NCBI GenBank assembly: GCA_026391215.1
Contig: JAPLDX010000051.1
Span: forward strand, 1-64,000
Length of the DNA: 64,000 nucleotides
Direction of reading: 5' to 3'
Source of the DNA: Bacteroidia bacterium
GTDB lineage: Bacteria > Bacteroidota > Bacteroidia > Bacteroidales > VadinHA17
The position numbers and the translations under genes were made by a program. Under the pieces are notes generated by a model that was given only the letters and a program-made list of their open reading frames with translations, made no database searches and was not told the origin of the DNA. Shown here in pieces: positions 1-9,599 of this stretch (its first letter is position 1; each line of letters starts with the position of its first letter).

Positions 1-351
1 GGACTCGTTGCTGCATCAATACTCTTAATTGTCGCATTTGCGTACCAGCAGGTCGTGATTTTGAAAAGGGTAAACAATCTGAACCAACAGGCAATATTTA
101 TTGAAAGTCAAATGATTACTGGGAGTCAGGATTATTCATACACGGATTTATTATACAGAATGGCAGGACGGAAACTGCCTTCAGGGAACAACACAGTTTC
201 CGAAAAGCAGATGAAACAAATATTAAAATCGTACAATGAACTGGAGGAGAAGTATAAGGACCTTATCAAACTGATCGAAGAAAATCCTGAGCTGAAGGTT
301 TATGTTGAAGAAAAACTGATGGAAAGTAACAAGAAGAAAATTAAACTTTAA
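1..351 (+). CDS. Hypothetical membrane-anchored protein, 5'-truncated by window edge
   Basis: Frame 1 is open from base 1 (GLVAASILLIVAFAYQQVVILKR..., a hydrophobic helix) and continues into the track ORF 55..351. Confidence 0.6.
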   Translation, partial: GLVAASILLIVAFAYQQVVILKRVNNLNQQAIFIESQMITGSQDYSYTDLLYRMAGRKLPSGNNTVSEKQMKQILKSYNELEEKYKDLIKLIEENPELKVYVEEKLMESNKKKIKL

Positions 352-355
352 TATC

Positions 356-1405
356 ATGAAAAGAAAACCTTTAAAAATTGTCGTCTCTTTGATTCTCGTT
401 ATGGTAGCATCATGCGGAGAACCGGAGACTGTTGTTACAGATATTGTCCATCCTGACGGATCTGTGACAAGAAAGCTTGAAATGAAAAACGGGGAAAATA
501 ATTTTAAAATTTCTAATGTCCAGGTACCCTATGATTCAACATGGATCATCAGGGATTCCCTTGAGATCAGCGAGAAAGGAGATACAACTTACGTAAAACG
601 GGCTGAAAAGTTATTTGCCAGTATAGATGAAATTAATAAGGATTATCAGACAGACAGCAGTTCAAACAAAGATGTGTCACGTAAAGCGGAATTCAGAAAG
701 AAATTCAAATGGTTCAATACCGAGTACAGGTTTGCCGAAACAATTGACAAAACAATGTCTTATGGTTATCCTGTCACAGATTTTCTTAATAAGGAAGACC
801 TGTCATGGTTCTATTCTCCGGATTATGTGACCGAAGAAAAAATAAATGGTCCCGATAGCCTGAAATACAAAACATTCAGTGATTCAGTCGATATTAAGAT
901 AGAAAAATGGACAGTAAGAAGTCTTATTTCAGAGTGGATAGGTGAATTTTCAATGCTTGCTAAAGGGAAAGCCGAAGGTGATATGACCTATGAGGCCTTA
1001 AAAGCGCGTGAAGACGAGTTCGTGGAGATTATAAAACAAGGAGGTGATAGATTCGACAGCCTCTGGACTAACGGTATTATCCTTAAGAAGTTCATCGGGG
1101 AAGAAAACGCCCTCAAATATCAGACAGAAGCCGATTCATCTTTAAATATTGTATCTGAACATCTCTGGGTCGATTTTGTCCGGTATACTCAAAGGATTGT
1201 TATGCCGGGCGAGATAATTGGAACTAACGGATTTATCGATTCCACAAAAACTCTATTATGGCCTGTTCATTCCGATTTCTTCATGGCAGAACCATATGTA
1301 ATGTATGCAGAGTCAAAGATCCCGAATAAATGGGCATGGGTCGTCTCAGGAATCTTTCTGCTGTTTGTTTTGGCAGGTATAATATTCAGGATAACTAAAA
1401 AATAA
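356..1405 (+). CDS. Hypothetical lipoprotein with C-terminal transmembrane anchor
   Basis: Lipobox-like MVASC, 349 aa, C-terminal hydrophobic helix followed by KK. Confidence 0.75.
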   Translation: MKRKPLKIVVSLILVMVASCGEPETVVTDIVHPDGSVTRKLEMKNGENNFKISNVQVPYDSTWIIRDSLEISEKGDTTYVKRAEKLFASIDEINKDYQTDSSSNKDVSRKAEFRKKFKWFNTEYRFAETIDKTMSYGYPVTDFLNKEDLSWFYSPDYVTEEKINGPDSLKYKTFSDSVDIKIEKWTVRSLISEWIGEFSMLAKGKAEGDMTYEALKAREDEFVEIIKQGGDRFDSLWTNGIILKKFIGEENALKYQTEADSSLNIVSEHLWVDFVRYTQRIVMPGEIIGTNGFIDSTKTLLWPVHSDFFMAEPYVMYAESKIPNKWAWVVSGIFLLFVLAGIIFRITKK

Positions 1406-1412
1406 ACAAATC

Positions 1413-1919
1413 TTACCTGGCATAATCCTTAAGCATAAGCATAAGTTTCTGACGTGTAAAAAATATTCTGCTCTTTACTGTCCCGATCTTTAATCCGAGT
1501 TCATCAGAGATCTCTTTGTACTTGTACCCATCAACATGCATTTTGAAGGGTATCCTGAATTCATCTTCAAGTGAATTGATCGCCTTTTCAATTTCCCTTT
1601 CGAAATAACTCGATTCAGGTGATATGAATCCTTTATCGTGAGGCTGATTAATATAATAGAGATCCTGAGTGCCGTCAATTATTGTATTTTCCTTCATATT
1701 TCTTCTGTAATTGTTTATGAAGGTGTTCTTCATTATTGTAAAGACCCAGGCCTTGAGATTTGTAAAATCTACAAATTTATCTTTATATGTGATTGCTTTT
1801 AAATAGGTGTCCTGAACAAGATCCAGCGCGGTATCCCTGTCTGACGTAAGGCTCATGGCAAACCTTTGAAGATTAGGTTTCAATCCGATAAGCTGACTGT
1901 TGAATTCAAATGCTGTCAT
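1413..1919 (-). CDS. ECF-type RNA polymerase sigma-70 factor
   Basis: Region 2 DLVQDTYLKA...LKAWVFTIMKNTFIN and region 4 GYKYKEISDELGLKIGTVKSRIFFTR; ATG at 1919 preferred over track start 1946. Confidence 0.93.
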   Translation of the reverse strand: MTAFEFNSQLIGLKPNLQRFAMSLTSDRDTALDLVQDTYLKAITYKDKFVDFTNLKAWVFTIMKNTFINNYRRNMKENTIIDGTQDLYYINQPHDKGFISPESSYFEREIEKAINSLEDEFRIPFKMHVDGYKYKEISDELGLKIGTVKSRIFFTRQKLMLMLKDYAR

Positions 1920-2157
1920 AATTCCTGATTTTAAATGTTGATACAAATGTAAATACTTAAATAAAGATAAACAAATCTTAATATCTTAAAATCCTTATAT
2001 TCTTAGATCATTCTAAATAGCAGACTTGATTAAAACTCAGATAATGAATGGAATAGGAAGAGAGAAATAAATTCTTTATAAATTACATAAAAGACGACTT
2101 ATTGCCTCTCTTTGTGCCTTTGTGGTTAAGTTTTTTGTACTTTTAAAGAAAAAACGC

Positions 2158-2979
2158 ATGGAGTACAGTATCAAGCTTAAGAACGGACAGGTGTTGAGGG
2201 GTTTTATAGCAAGTCCGAAACAAAAAACCCGTGCAAATATAATTTTTGTTCATGGTCTGGGCGAGCATATTCAGCGCTATACAGCCTGGGCTGAACAATT
2301 CAGTATTGAAGGCATTGGCTTCACCGGAGTTGATCTTCCCGGTCATGGGCGCTCTGACGGTGGCAGGGGAAATATCAGAAGCTATGCGCTCACCGATGAA
2401 ATGATTGAAATTCTTAGCGAAAGCTCAAAAAATACATTCCCGGGGATCCCGGTTTTCCTTTATGGGCAGAGCCTTGGAGGAGGGATACTCATTGATTATC
2501 TGTTGAGGGAAAAACCTTATCTGAAAGGAGCTATAGTAACATCTCCCTGGCTGAAGCTCTCTTTCGAACCCGACAAATCCAAAATCAGGCTGGCATCAAT
2601 AATGAAGAACATATTACCTGGCCTGGCTCAGCCGTCAGGACTTATAGTTGATCATATCTCTCATGACAGGGAAGTGGTTGAGAAATATGCCGCTGATCCT
2701 CTTGTTCATGACAGGATCTCGTTAAGCCTGTTCCATAGTGCCATGAGCTCCGCAGCTCATTCTCTGGCCCATGCCGGTGAACTTGAAGTTCCGCTTCTTC
2801 TGGTGCATGGCAGCGATGACAAAATATGCTCTCCCGAGGGCAGCCGGATTTTCGCATCAAAAACTTCACTGGCCGAACTGAAAATATGGGAGGGAGGATA
2901 CCATGAACTTCATAATGAGCCGTTTAAGAAAGAGGTTTTTGATTTTATATTAAACTGGATCAATAAGAAACTCATCTGA
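2158..2979 (+). CDS. Alpha/beta hydrolase, lysophospholipase/monoacylglycerol lipase family
   Basis: HGLGEH, DLPGHGRS, GQSLGG nucleophile motif, HGSDD, YHELHNE. Confidence 0.9.
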   Translation: MEYSIKLKNGQVLRGFIASPKQKTRANIIFVHGLGEHIQRYTAWAEQFSIEGIGFTGVDLPGHGRSDGGRGNIRSYALTDEMIEILSESSKNTFPGIPVFLYGQSLGGGILIDYLLREKPYLKGAIVTSPWLKLSFEPDKSKIRLASIMKNILPGLAQPSGLIVDHISHDREVVEKYAADPLVHDRISLSLFHSAMSSAAHSLAHAGELEVPLLLVHGSDDKICSPEGSRIFASKTSLAELKIWEGGYHELHNEPFKKEVFDFILNWINKKLI

Positions 2980-2991
2980 TTTCTTAAATAA

Positions 2992-3987
2992 ATGGAACTC
3001 AGGACCACATTTAAAATAGATCCTTCAGCGGAAAAGATAACATACGATGACCCGGTAATGTTTATCGGATCATGTTTTGCTATTTCTATTGGCAAACAGT
3101 TTGAAACTGGACATCTGCCCGTCATGATCAATCCATCCGGGACAGTATATAATCCTGTATCTGTTATCAATACCCTTGATACGATTCTTGACTCGAAAGA
3201 ATATACTGATAAAGATCTGTATAATGACAATGGAACATGGCTGAGCTTTAATCATTATACCGATTTTTCATCTGATAATAAAGAGGAAATCCTGAAAAAC
3301 ATCAATGACAGGTCACGGGAAGCGCGGGAATCTCTTTCTAAAGCAAAATTCCTTTTTATCACCTTCGGCACGGCCAGGGTTTACAGATGGAAAGAATCCG
3401 GTAAAATAGTCTCTAATTGCCATAAGATACAGGCATCTCAGTTTACTCATGAACTGCTTGCAGTTGAGGATATAGTTAATATGTGGACAAGGCAGCTTGA
3501 CAGGCTTAAGTCACTGTATCCCCGTCTCAGGGTTGTTTTTACAATTAGCCCTGTCCGTCACTGGAAGGATGGCCCGCATGGCAACCAGGTGAGCAAGTCA
3601 ACCCTGTTCCTGGCTGTCGAAAAGCTCCTTGATCATCCGTCACATCCCGGTTATTTTCCTGCATATGAGCTTGTTATGGACGACCTGCGGGATTACCGTT
3701 TTTATGATAACGACTTGCTTCATCCTTCGGAAACAGCTGTGGAATATTTATGGAACTCATTTTCAGATTGTTATTTTGACAATGAAACAATTGAATTATG
3801 GAAGGAGATTGACAAAATTGCCAGGGCAGTCTCTCACCGCATCGGTACAGGTTCATCCGAAAAAATAAAAACATTTGCAAAATCCATCCTGAAGAGAATC
3901 GATTCTGTATCAGCAAAAAAGCCATCCGTAAACCTCGCTTCTGAAAGAAAATATTTTCTTGACCTGATTGAGGGGATTCCTCGCTGA
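2992..3987 (+). CDS. GSCFA domain protein
   Basis: Signature GSCFA, TISPVRH, YFPAYE, LRDYRFY...HP. Confidence 0.9.
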   Translation: MELRTTFKIDPSAEKITYDDPVMFIGSCFAISIGKQFETGHLPVMINPSGTVYNPVSVINTLDTILDSKEYTDKDLYNDNGTWLSFNHYTDFSSDNKEEILKNINDRSREARESLSKAKFLFITFGTARVYRWKESGKIVSNCHKIQASQFTHELLAVEDIVNMWTRQLDRLKSLYPRLRVVFTISPVRHWKDGPHGNQVSKSTLFLAVEKLLDHPSHPGYFPAYELVMDDLRDYRFYDNDLLHPSETAVEYLWNSFSDCYFDNETIELWKEIDKIARAVSHRIGTGSSEKIKTFAKSILKRIDSVSAKKPSVNLASERKYFLDLIEGIPR

Positions 3988-4028
3988 CGCTCAGAAGGGG
4001 GAAATGAATGAGGAATCCCCTTCTTTTA
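3971..4028 (+). terminator. Inverted repeat with T-tail, possible terminator or REP-like remnant
   Basis: AGGGGATTCCTC (3971-3982) / GAGGAATCCCCT (4010-4021), followed by TCTTTT. Confidence 0.5.
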
Positions 4029-4128
4029 ATACAGTTTTAAAAGAAGTTTTTTAAAAAATTACTTTTGGTCGAATTTCCCCTGAACAATTTATTATTGTTT
4101 GTTGTTAGTAAAACAAAAATTGCTTTAC

Positions 4129-6522
4129 ATGAAAAAATTATTTCTGGTAAATTTATTTATAATAGTAGCATTTCCTGTGTTGTGGAGTCAGGCAAATTCA
4201 GGAGTCATCAAGGGAAGGGTTTTCAATTCCAAAACAAATGAGGGCATTCCTTTTGCAACTGTTCAGATATGGGGAACAATCGTTGGTTCAATAACCGATT
4301 ATGACGGTAATTTTCTGTTTACCGGCATTAAACCAGGCTATATTGAACTTAGGGCATCATCAGTAGGTTTTACTCCATTCATTACCTCAGCAATTCTGGT
4401 AACAAACAGTAAAGAAGCTAATATTGAGATACCTCTTGAAGAGATGGCAGTCGGATTAGGAGAGGTAGTAATTAAGGCATCACCATTTATAAAGAAAGTT
4501 GAAACGCCTGTTTCGGTAAGAATAATAGGTATTGACGAGATTGAAAAGAATCCCGGAGGGAACAGGGATATTTCAAAGGTGATACAGTCATTTCCCGGTG
4601 TCGCGTCCACTCCTGCTTTCAGAAATGATGTCATAGTCAGGGGAGGCGGACCAAATGAGAACCGGTTTTATATCGACAATGTTGAGATCCCTTATCTCAA
4701 CCATTTCTCGACGCAGGGATCATCCGGTGGACCTGTAGGCATTATAAATGTTGATTTTGTTCAATCGGTGGATTTTGTTTCAGGAGCATTTCCTGCATCA
4801 AAGGGTAATGCACTAAGCTCTGTCCTTAATTTCACTTTTCTTGATGGCAACAGGGAAAAGATGAAATACAGGGCAACCGTCGGAGCTTCTGATCTTGGGC
4901 TGACAATAGACGGTCCTGCCGGAGAGAACGGGAGTCTGCTGGTTTCTGTCAGACGCTCATACCTGCAGTTTCTTTTCAGCGCTCTCCAGCTTCCGTTTCT
5001 TCCGAATTACACGGATTTCCAGTTTAAATACCGGGTAAGGCTTGATGAAAAGAATGAACTGACCCTCATCGGACTTGGAGCCAAAGATGATTTCAAGCTT
5101 AATCTTAAAGCCAATGAGACTGATTATCAGAGATATCTGCTTGATAATATCCCGGTGCAGGAGCAATACAGCTATGTAACCGGGCTTGTATACAAGCATT
5201 TCAGGAAAGGAGGATATGACACCTGGGTGCTCAGCCGCAATTACCTGAATAACTCACAGTACAAATATGCAGGAAATGTTGAGGCTGATACAAACAAGAT
5301 TCTTGATTACCTGTCAGGAGAAGGAGAGATCAAATCACGGTTCGAAAGGACAATATTAGGTGATAAAGGACTGAGAATGAACTTCGGAGCCGGTTATGAG
5401 TATGCTCACTACAGGAATTCGACCTTCAGGCTTATTTATACGGGTTTGGGAGAAAATGAGATCAATTATGATACAAACCTGAAACTTGGCAAGTTCAGCA
5501 TTTTCGGACAGATCAGTAGATCTTACTTTGAAGAGAGATTGAGACTCTCTCTTGGTGCCCGTACGGATTTCAATACTTATTCTGAATCTATGCTGAATCC
5601 ATTGAAACAGATATCTCCGCGTTTTTCTGCATCATATTCAATCAGTGAAAAAGTAAACCTGAATTTCAATGTTGGCCGTTATTTTCAGATACCGCCTTAC
5701 ACAGCACTGGGATATATGAACAGTGCAGGAGTATTTGTAAATAAGGAGAATAATCTAAGGTACATTCAGGCAGATCATCTTGTTGGCGGCCTTGAAATAA
5801 TTCCGACAGAAAATATCCAGGTTACCCTGGAAGGATTTTATAAAAATTATTCAAAATATCCGTTTTCAGTACAGGATGGAGTACCTCTTTCAAGCAAAAG
5901 CGCGGGCTACGGTATATTCGGAGACGAGGAACTTATCTCAACTTCTGAAGGAAGAGCTTACGGATTTGAGCTTCTTGGGAGATTAAAAGAGTTTTACAAG
6001 ACCAACCTCGTATTTTCTTATACATATGTCAGGAGCGAATTCAAAGATCTTGCTGAAAATTGGATACCTTCTTCGTGGGATAATCGTCACCTGTTCGTTA
6101 TAACAGCAACAAAAAAATTCAACAAAAACTGGGATCTCGGCTTTAAATGGAGATTTGTCGGAGGAGCGCCCTATACACCCTATGATCTTGAGAAATCTGC
6201 ACTGAAAGCTGCGTGGGATCTCAAGGGACAGGGATATCTCGATTACACCAGGTTCAACAACGAGCGTCTTAAAGCATTCCATCAACTCGACTTAAGGGTT
6301 GACAAGCAATACTTTTTCAAGGGCTGGTCCCTGATGTTGTACGCTGATGTACAGAATGTCTATAACCATAAGGCTGATCAACCTTCAATACTTGTGAGGG
6401 AGTCAGACAGCAGCGGCAATCCTGTCAGTGATCCGTCAGATCCGCTTAAATACTCTTTAAAATACCTTGACAGTGAATCTGGAACGGTATTGCCTACAGT
6501 AGGAATAATAATTGAATTTTAA
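4129..6522 (+). CDS. TonB-dependent outer-membrane receptor
   Basis: Signal peptide, carboxypeptidase-regulatory-like N-domain, plug motif VRGGGPNENRFYIDNVEIP, terminal Phe (IIIEF). Confidence 0.92.
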   Translation: MKKLFLVNLFIIVAFPVLWSQANSGVIKGRVFNSKTNEGIPFATVQIWGTIVGSITDYDGNFLFTGIKPGYIELRASSVGFTPFITSAILVTNSKEANIEIPLEEMAVGLGEVVIKASPFIKKVETPVSVRIIGIDEIEKNPGGNRDISKVIQSFPGVASTPAFRNDVIVRGGGPNENRFYIDNVEIPYLNHFSTQGSSGGPVGIINVDFVQSVDFVSGAFPASKGNALSSVLNFTFLDGNREKMKYRATVGASDLGLTIDGPAGENGSLLVSVRRSYLQFLFSALQLPFLPNYTDFQFKYRVRLDEKNELTLIGLGAKDDFKLNLKANETDYQRYLLDNIPVQEQYSYVTGLVYKHFRKGGYDTWVLSRNYLNNSQYKYAGNVEADTNKILDYLSGEGEIKSRFERTILGDKGLRMNFGAGYEYAHYRNSTFRLIYTGLGENEINYDTNLKLGKFSIFGQISRSYFEERLRLSLGARTDFNTYSESMLNPLKQISPRFSASYSISEKVNLNFNVGRYFQIPPYTALGYMNSAGVFVNKENNLRYIQADHLVGGLEIIPTENIQVTLEGFYKNYSKYPFSVQDGVPLSSKSAGYGIFGDEELISTSEGRAYGFELLGRLKEFYKTNLVFSYTYVRSEFKDLAENWIPSSWDNRHLFVITATKKFNKNWDLGFKWRFVGGAPYTPYDLEKSALKAAWDLKGQGYLDYTRFNNERLKAFHQLDLRVDKQYFFKGWSLMLYADVQNVYNHKADQPSILVRESDSSGNPVSDPSDPLKYSLKYLDSESGTVLPTVGIIIEF

Positions 6523-6532
6523 ATTTTGTAAG

Positions 6533-7276
6533 ATGAACCGGGTATTATTACTTATAATAGCATTAGTTACAGGCGCCTGCACAACAGGGGCGCTGAAGAG
6601 CAAGAATCAGGCTCAGGAAGAGAAGAGCACATTAACTTCAAATGCCGGAGGAAAGGGTTCTGAGATAATTGTCGAATTATCCAGGGGAGAATCTTTCTAT
6701 TATCCTCTTTTCGCAATATGGCTTGAGGATATGGACGGAAAATATATCCAGACACTTTATGTAGCAAAGTCTGTCGCTACAGGGATTTTCGAATATGCAA
6801 GGCAGGAGAACAACAAATGGGTCACGGATATAAAAAGAGCGCCTCAGACATTACCATACTGGGCCCATAAAAGAGCAGTTACAGCGGCTGACGGTCTCTT
6901 TATGCCTGATTCCCGGACTACAGTCCCGGATGCATATACAGGGGCCACTCCACAGACAGGTTTTGTTCTGACATCTCATGCTGACAGCCCACTGCCGGAA
7001 AAGTATAAAGTTATGATGGAAATTAACCAAAACTGGGACTGGAACGATTACTGGACCAATGACAAATATCCTGAAGATGAGAATTACAAATGGTCATGCC
7101 AGCCTGCTCTAGTATATGAAACTGTCATTGACAGCAGATCAATGAAGGATTCATATAAAATGGAACCTGTCGGGCACAGCCATTATTCAGGGAAGACCGG
7201 AGAATTATTCACAGATCTCAGCACTCTGACCACGGCATTGCAAATCGCCGATTCCGTGATAGTCAGGATAAAGTAA
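6533..7276 (+). CDS. Lipoprotein, DUF2271-like
   Basis: Lipobox VTGAC; FAIWLEDMDGKYIQTLYV and DAYTGAT motifs resemble DUF2271. Confidence 0.65.
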   Translation: MNRVLLLIIALVTGACTTGALKSKNQAQEEKSTLTSNAGGKGSEIIVELSRGESFYYPLFAIWLEDMDGKYIQTLYVAKSVATGIFEYARQENNKWVTDIKRAPQTLPYWAHKRAVTAADGLFMPDSRTTVPDAYTGATPQTGFVLTSHADSPLPEKYKVMMEINQNWDWNDYWTNDKYPEDENYKWSCQPALVYETVIDSRSMKDSYKMEPVGHSHYSGKTGELFTDLSTLTTALQIADSVIVRIK

Positions 7277-8173
7277 TTATTTCATCCCGTCAATAAACTT
7301 TATAAAACCGGAAGGATCCCTGGTCATTATAAGCTTTTCATAGTACTTTCTGTCAGTCTCTTCAGTGGAATCGGTATATATTATCTTTTTGATCATCAGT
7401 GATTTGCCCAGGCTATTGAAGTATGCTATCTGCTTCCGGGCAAAATCGGAACCGCTTGAATTCACGATGAGATAATCGAATGGCTTGATCTTGTAAATTT
7501 CAATAACTTCCGATGCAGGAAGTATGCCTCCGGTGAAGATTACATCAAATCCGCGCTTTTTGAGAGCATATTTGTAAAAAAGGAAATTATTATCGGTAAG
7601 GCTGTCTGTAGTATTTATCATTGCCACAGTAGCCATTGCTTTTCCGGAACGCGGTTTCAGCAGGTTGTCCTCAATAATTATCAGCTGCTTTATGACATTC
7701 TTTATAAATTGTCCATGTGCCCGTGTCAGGCTTCCTGTCTGCCACAGAATTTTTACTTTCTCAAGCAGAGGGTAAAGATATCTGGGGTAAGCTTCTTCAA
7801 TTCCAAAATTCCTGATATACGGTATGAGTGCCTCCTTAAGCAATTCTTCATTGAATTTTATTGCCGCCATAAGGATTTTACCTGTCTGATAATCCTGTGT
7901 AGCATCATCCCTGCTGCTTACAGATATTACCTGCCGGGAAAGCTCATCCTCATCAAGTCTGGCAATCCTTGAAATTTTCAGTCCGTTCCTGTTCAGAAAA
8001 GACACATTTAGTATTTTCTTTAATTCTGATTCGTTATAAGTTCTTATGTTTGAATCTGTCCTGTCAGGATCAAGTATCCGGTATCTCTTTTCCCATATCC
8101 TTATGGTATGGGCTTTTATCCCCGAGAAATTTTCAAGATCCCTGATTGAAAAAACACTAGTTCCTTCTTCCAT
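7277..8173 (-). CDS. MerR-family regulator, CarH/LitR-like with degenerate B12-binding domain
   Basis: SIRDLENFSGIKAHTIRIWEKRY HTH, followed by helical-bundle and Rossmann-like region (WQTGS...). Confidence 0.85.
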   Translation of the reverse strand: MEEGTSVFSIRDLENFSGIKAHTIRIWEKRYRILDPDRTDSNIRTYNESELKKILNVSFLNRNGLKISRIARLDEDELSRQVISVSSRDDATQDYQTGKILMAAIKFNEELLKEALIPYIRNFGIEEAYPRYLYPLLEKVKILWQTGSLTRAHGQFIKNVIKQLIIIEDNLLKPRSGKAMATVAMINTTDSLTDNNFLFYKYALKKRGFDVIFTGGILPASEVIEIYKIKPFDYLIVNSSGSDFARKQIAYFNSLGKSLMIKKIIYTDSTEETDRKYYEKLIMTRDPSGFIKFIDGMK

Positions 8174-8337
8174 GGCTAAAAATAATAAATATCAAAAACT
8201 TAAACTGTCCCTGCAAAATAAACAACCTTAATAACAGTATTGTTTATCAAAATACTGGTGATAATGCACTAAAATAAAAATATTAAGCTGCGGAAAATTC
8301 CCCCTAAAATCCGCCGTAAAACCGTGAAAATTATTAT

Positions 8338-8709
8338 TTATTCAGATTGTTCAATCATTATTTTTTTCACAACTCTCACATTGTCACTGAAGATAATGGT
8401 AACAAGGTACATCCCACGTTTCGGATTATCAAGAACAATCTTAGTAATAGTCTGAGGATTATTATATTTAGCTCTGAAAATATCCTGGCCGATAATGTTG
8501 GTAATCTTTACAAAAGCGATCTCCCTGTCACATTTAATGGTGAACCTGTTTTCCCTGACTGGCACCGGGTAAATATTGATATCTACATTTGCAGCTTCTG
8601 CAGACGTATTTTTCTGTATAACAGGAGTGGTATAATTAACGGTATCCTTCTGAGCCTGAAGGCTTATGGTATAAATGACAAATAAAACAAAGAGTAAACT
8701 CTTCTTCAT
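8338..8709 (-). CDS. Small secreted protein consisting mostly of a T9SS type-A sorting domain
   Basis: Signal peptide, then IYPVP...NIIGQ...GMYLV...KKIMIE. Confidence 0.8.
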   Translation of the reverse strand: MKKSLLFVLFVIYTISLQAQKDTVNYTTPVIQKNTSAEAANVDINIYPVPVRENRFTIKCDREIAFVKITNIIGQDIFRAKYNNPQTITKIVLDNPKRGMYLVTIIFSDNVRVVKKIMIEQSE

Positions 8710-8760
8710 AGATACCGTTTTATGATTTACATCAAAAATTGTGCTAAAGTTAATAAATTT

Positions 8761-9525
8761 TCAGTTAAAATGATCAAGATGCTTCAAAGCCCGCACCAGA
8801 TCATCGGGCGTATCAACACTTATACTTTCCCACTGCGTGACTGCCGTCCTTATCCTGAAGCCGTTTTCAAGCCACCGGTTCTGTTCAAGTGCTTCAGCTT
8901 TTTCAAGGGAACTTGCCGGAAGTTTTGTTATTTTATTAAGCACGTCCGTTTTGTAAGCATACATACCGATATGCTTATAGAAAACATGTTTCTTCGACCA
9001 GTCTGATAAGTCATAATCCCTGATGAACGGAATAGCTGCCCTGCTGAAATAGATTGCATTTCCTTCTGAATCAAGCACTACCTTTGGCTGGTTAGGATTG
9101 AAGATATCTTCCCCGGATTCAGTTTTTCTTATAAGAGTAGCGATTTCCACCTTTCTGTCAGTAAAGCATGATTTCAGGAGATCAATCTGCTCAGGTTTGA
9201 TAAAAGGCTCATCACCCTGTATGTTAATCACGATGTCAATTTTTTTGCCTGTTCGCTCCGCAATTTTATCCACCGCCTCAGCACAACGGTCAGTACCGCT
9301 TTGATGTTGCGGAGAGGTCATCAGTGCCTGTCCACCGAATTTCAGAACTTCATCATAGATCCTCTTATCATCGGTGGCGACAAAGACAATGTCAACTGAT
9401 TTGCTAGCCTGTTCATATACTCTCTGAATCATAATTTTCCCGCCGATCATTACAAGAGGCTTGCCCGGGAATCGCGTTGAAGCATAACGTGCCGGTACAA
9501 TGCCGGCAAATTGATATCGTTTCAT
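8761..9525 (-). CDS. kdsB: 3-deoxy-manno-octulosonate cytidylyltransferase
   Basis: PARYASTRFPGKPL, SGTDR, NIQGDEP, LEQNRWLE. Confidence 0.97.
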   Translation of the reverse strand: MKRYQFAGIVPARYASTRFPGKPLVMIGGKIMIQRVYEQASKSVDIVFVATDDKRIYDEVLKFGGQALMTSPQHQSGTDRCAEAVDKIAERTGKKIDIVINIQGDEPFIKPEQIDLLKSCFTDRKVEIATLIRKTESGEDIFNPNQPKVVLDSEGNAIYFSRAAIPFIRDYDLSDWSKKHVFYKHIGMYAYKTDVLNKITKLPASSLEKAEALEQNRWLENGFRIRTAVTQWESISVDTPDDLVRALKHLDHFN

Positions 9526-9599
9526 GCAGCGAATTTACAAAAAATGCATTTCCCAATGTCTTAAAAAAATCTTAAATTCGCGCATTCGTTTTACAGTAT

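Noticed and set aside
3988-4128. Cobalamin or TPP riboswitch before the TonB receptor
   Set aside because: No B12-box or TPP core motifs recognised; only a simple IR
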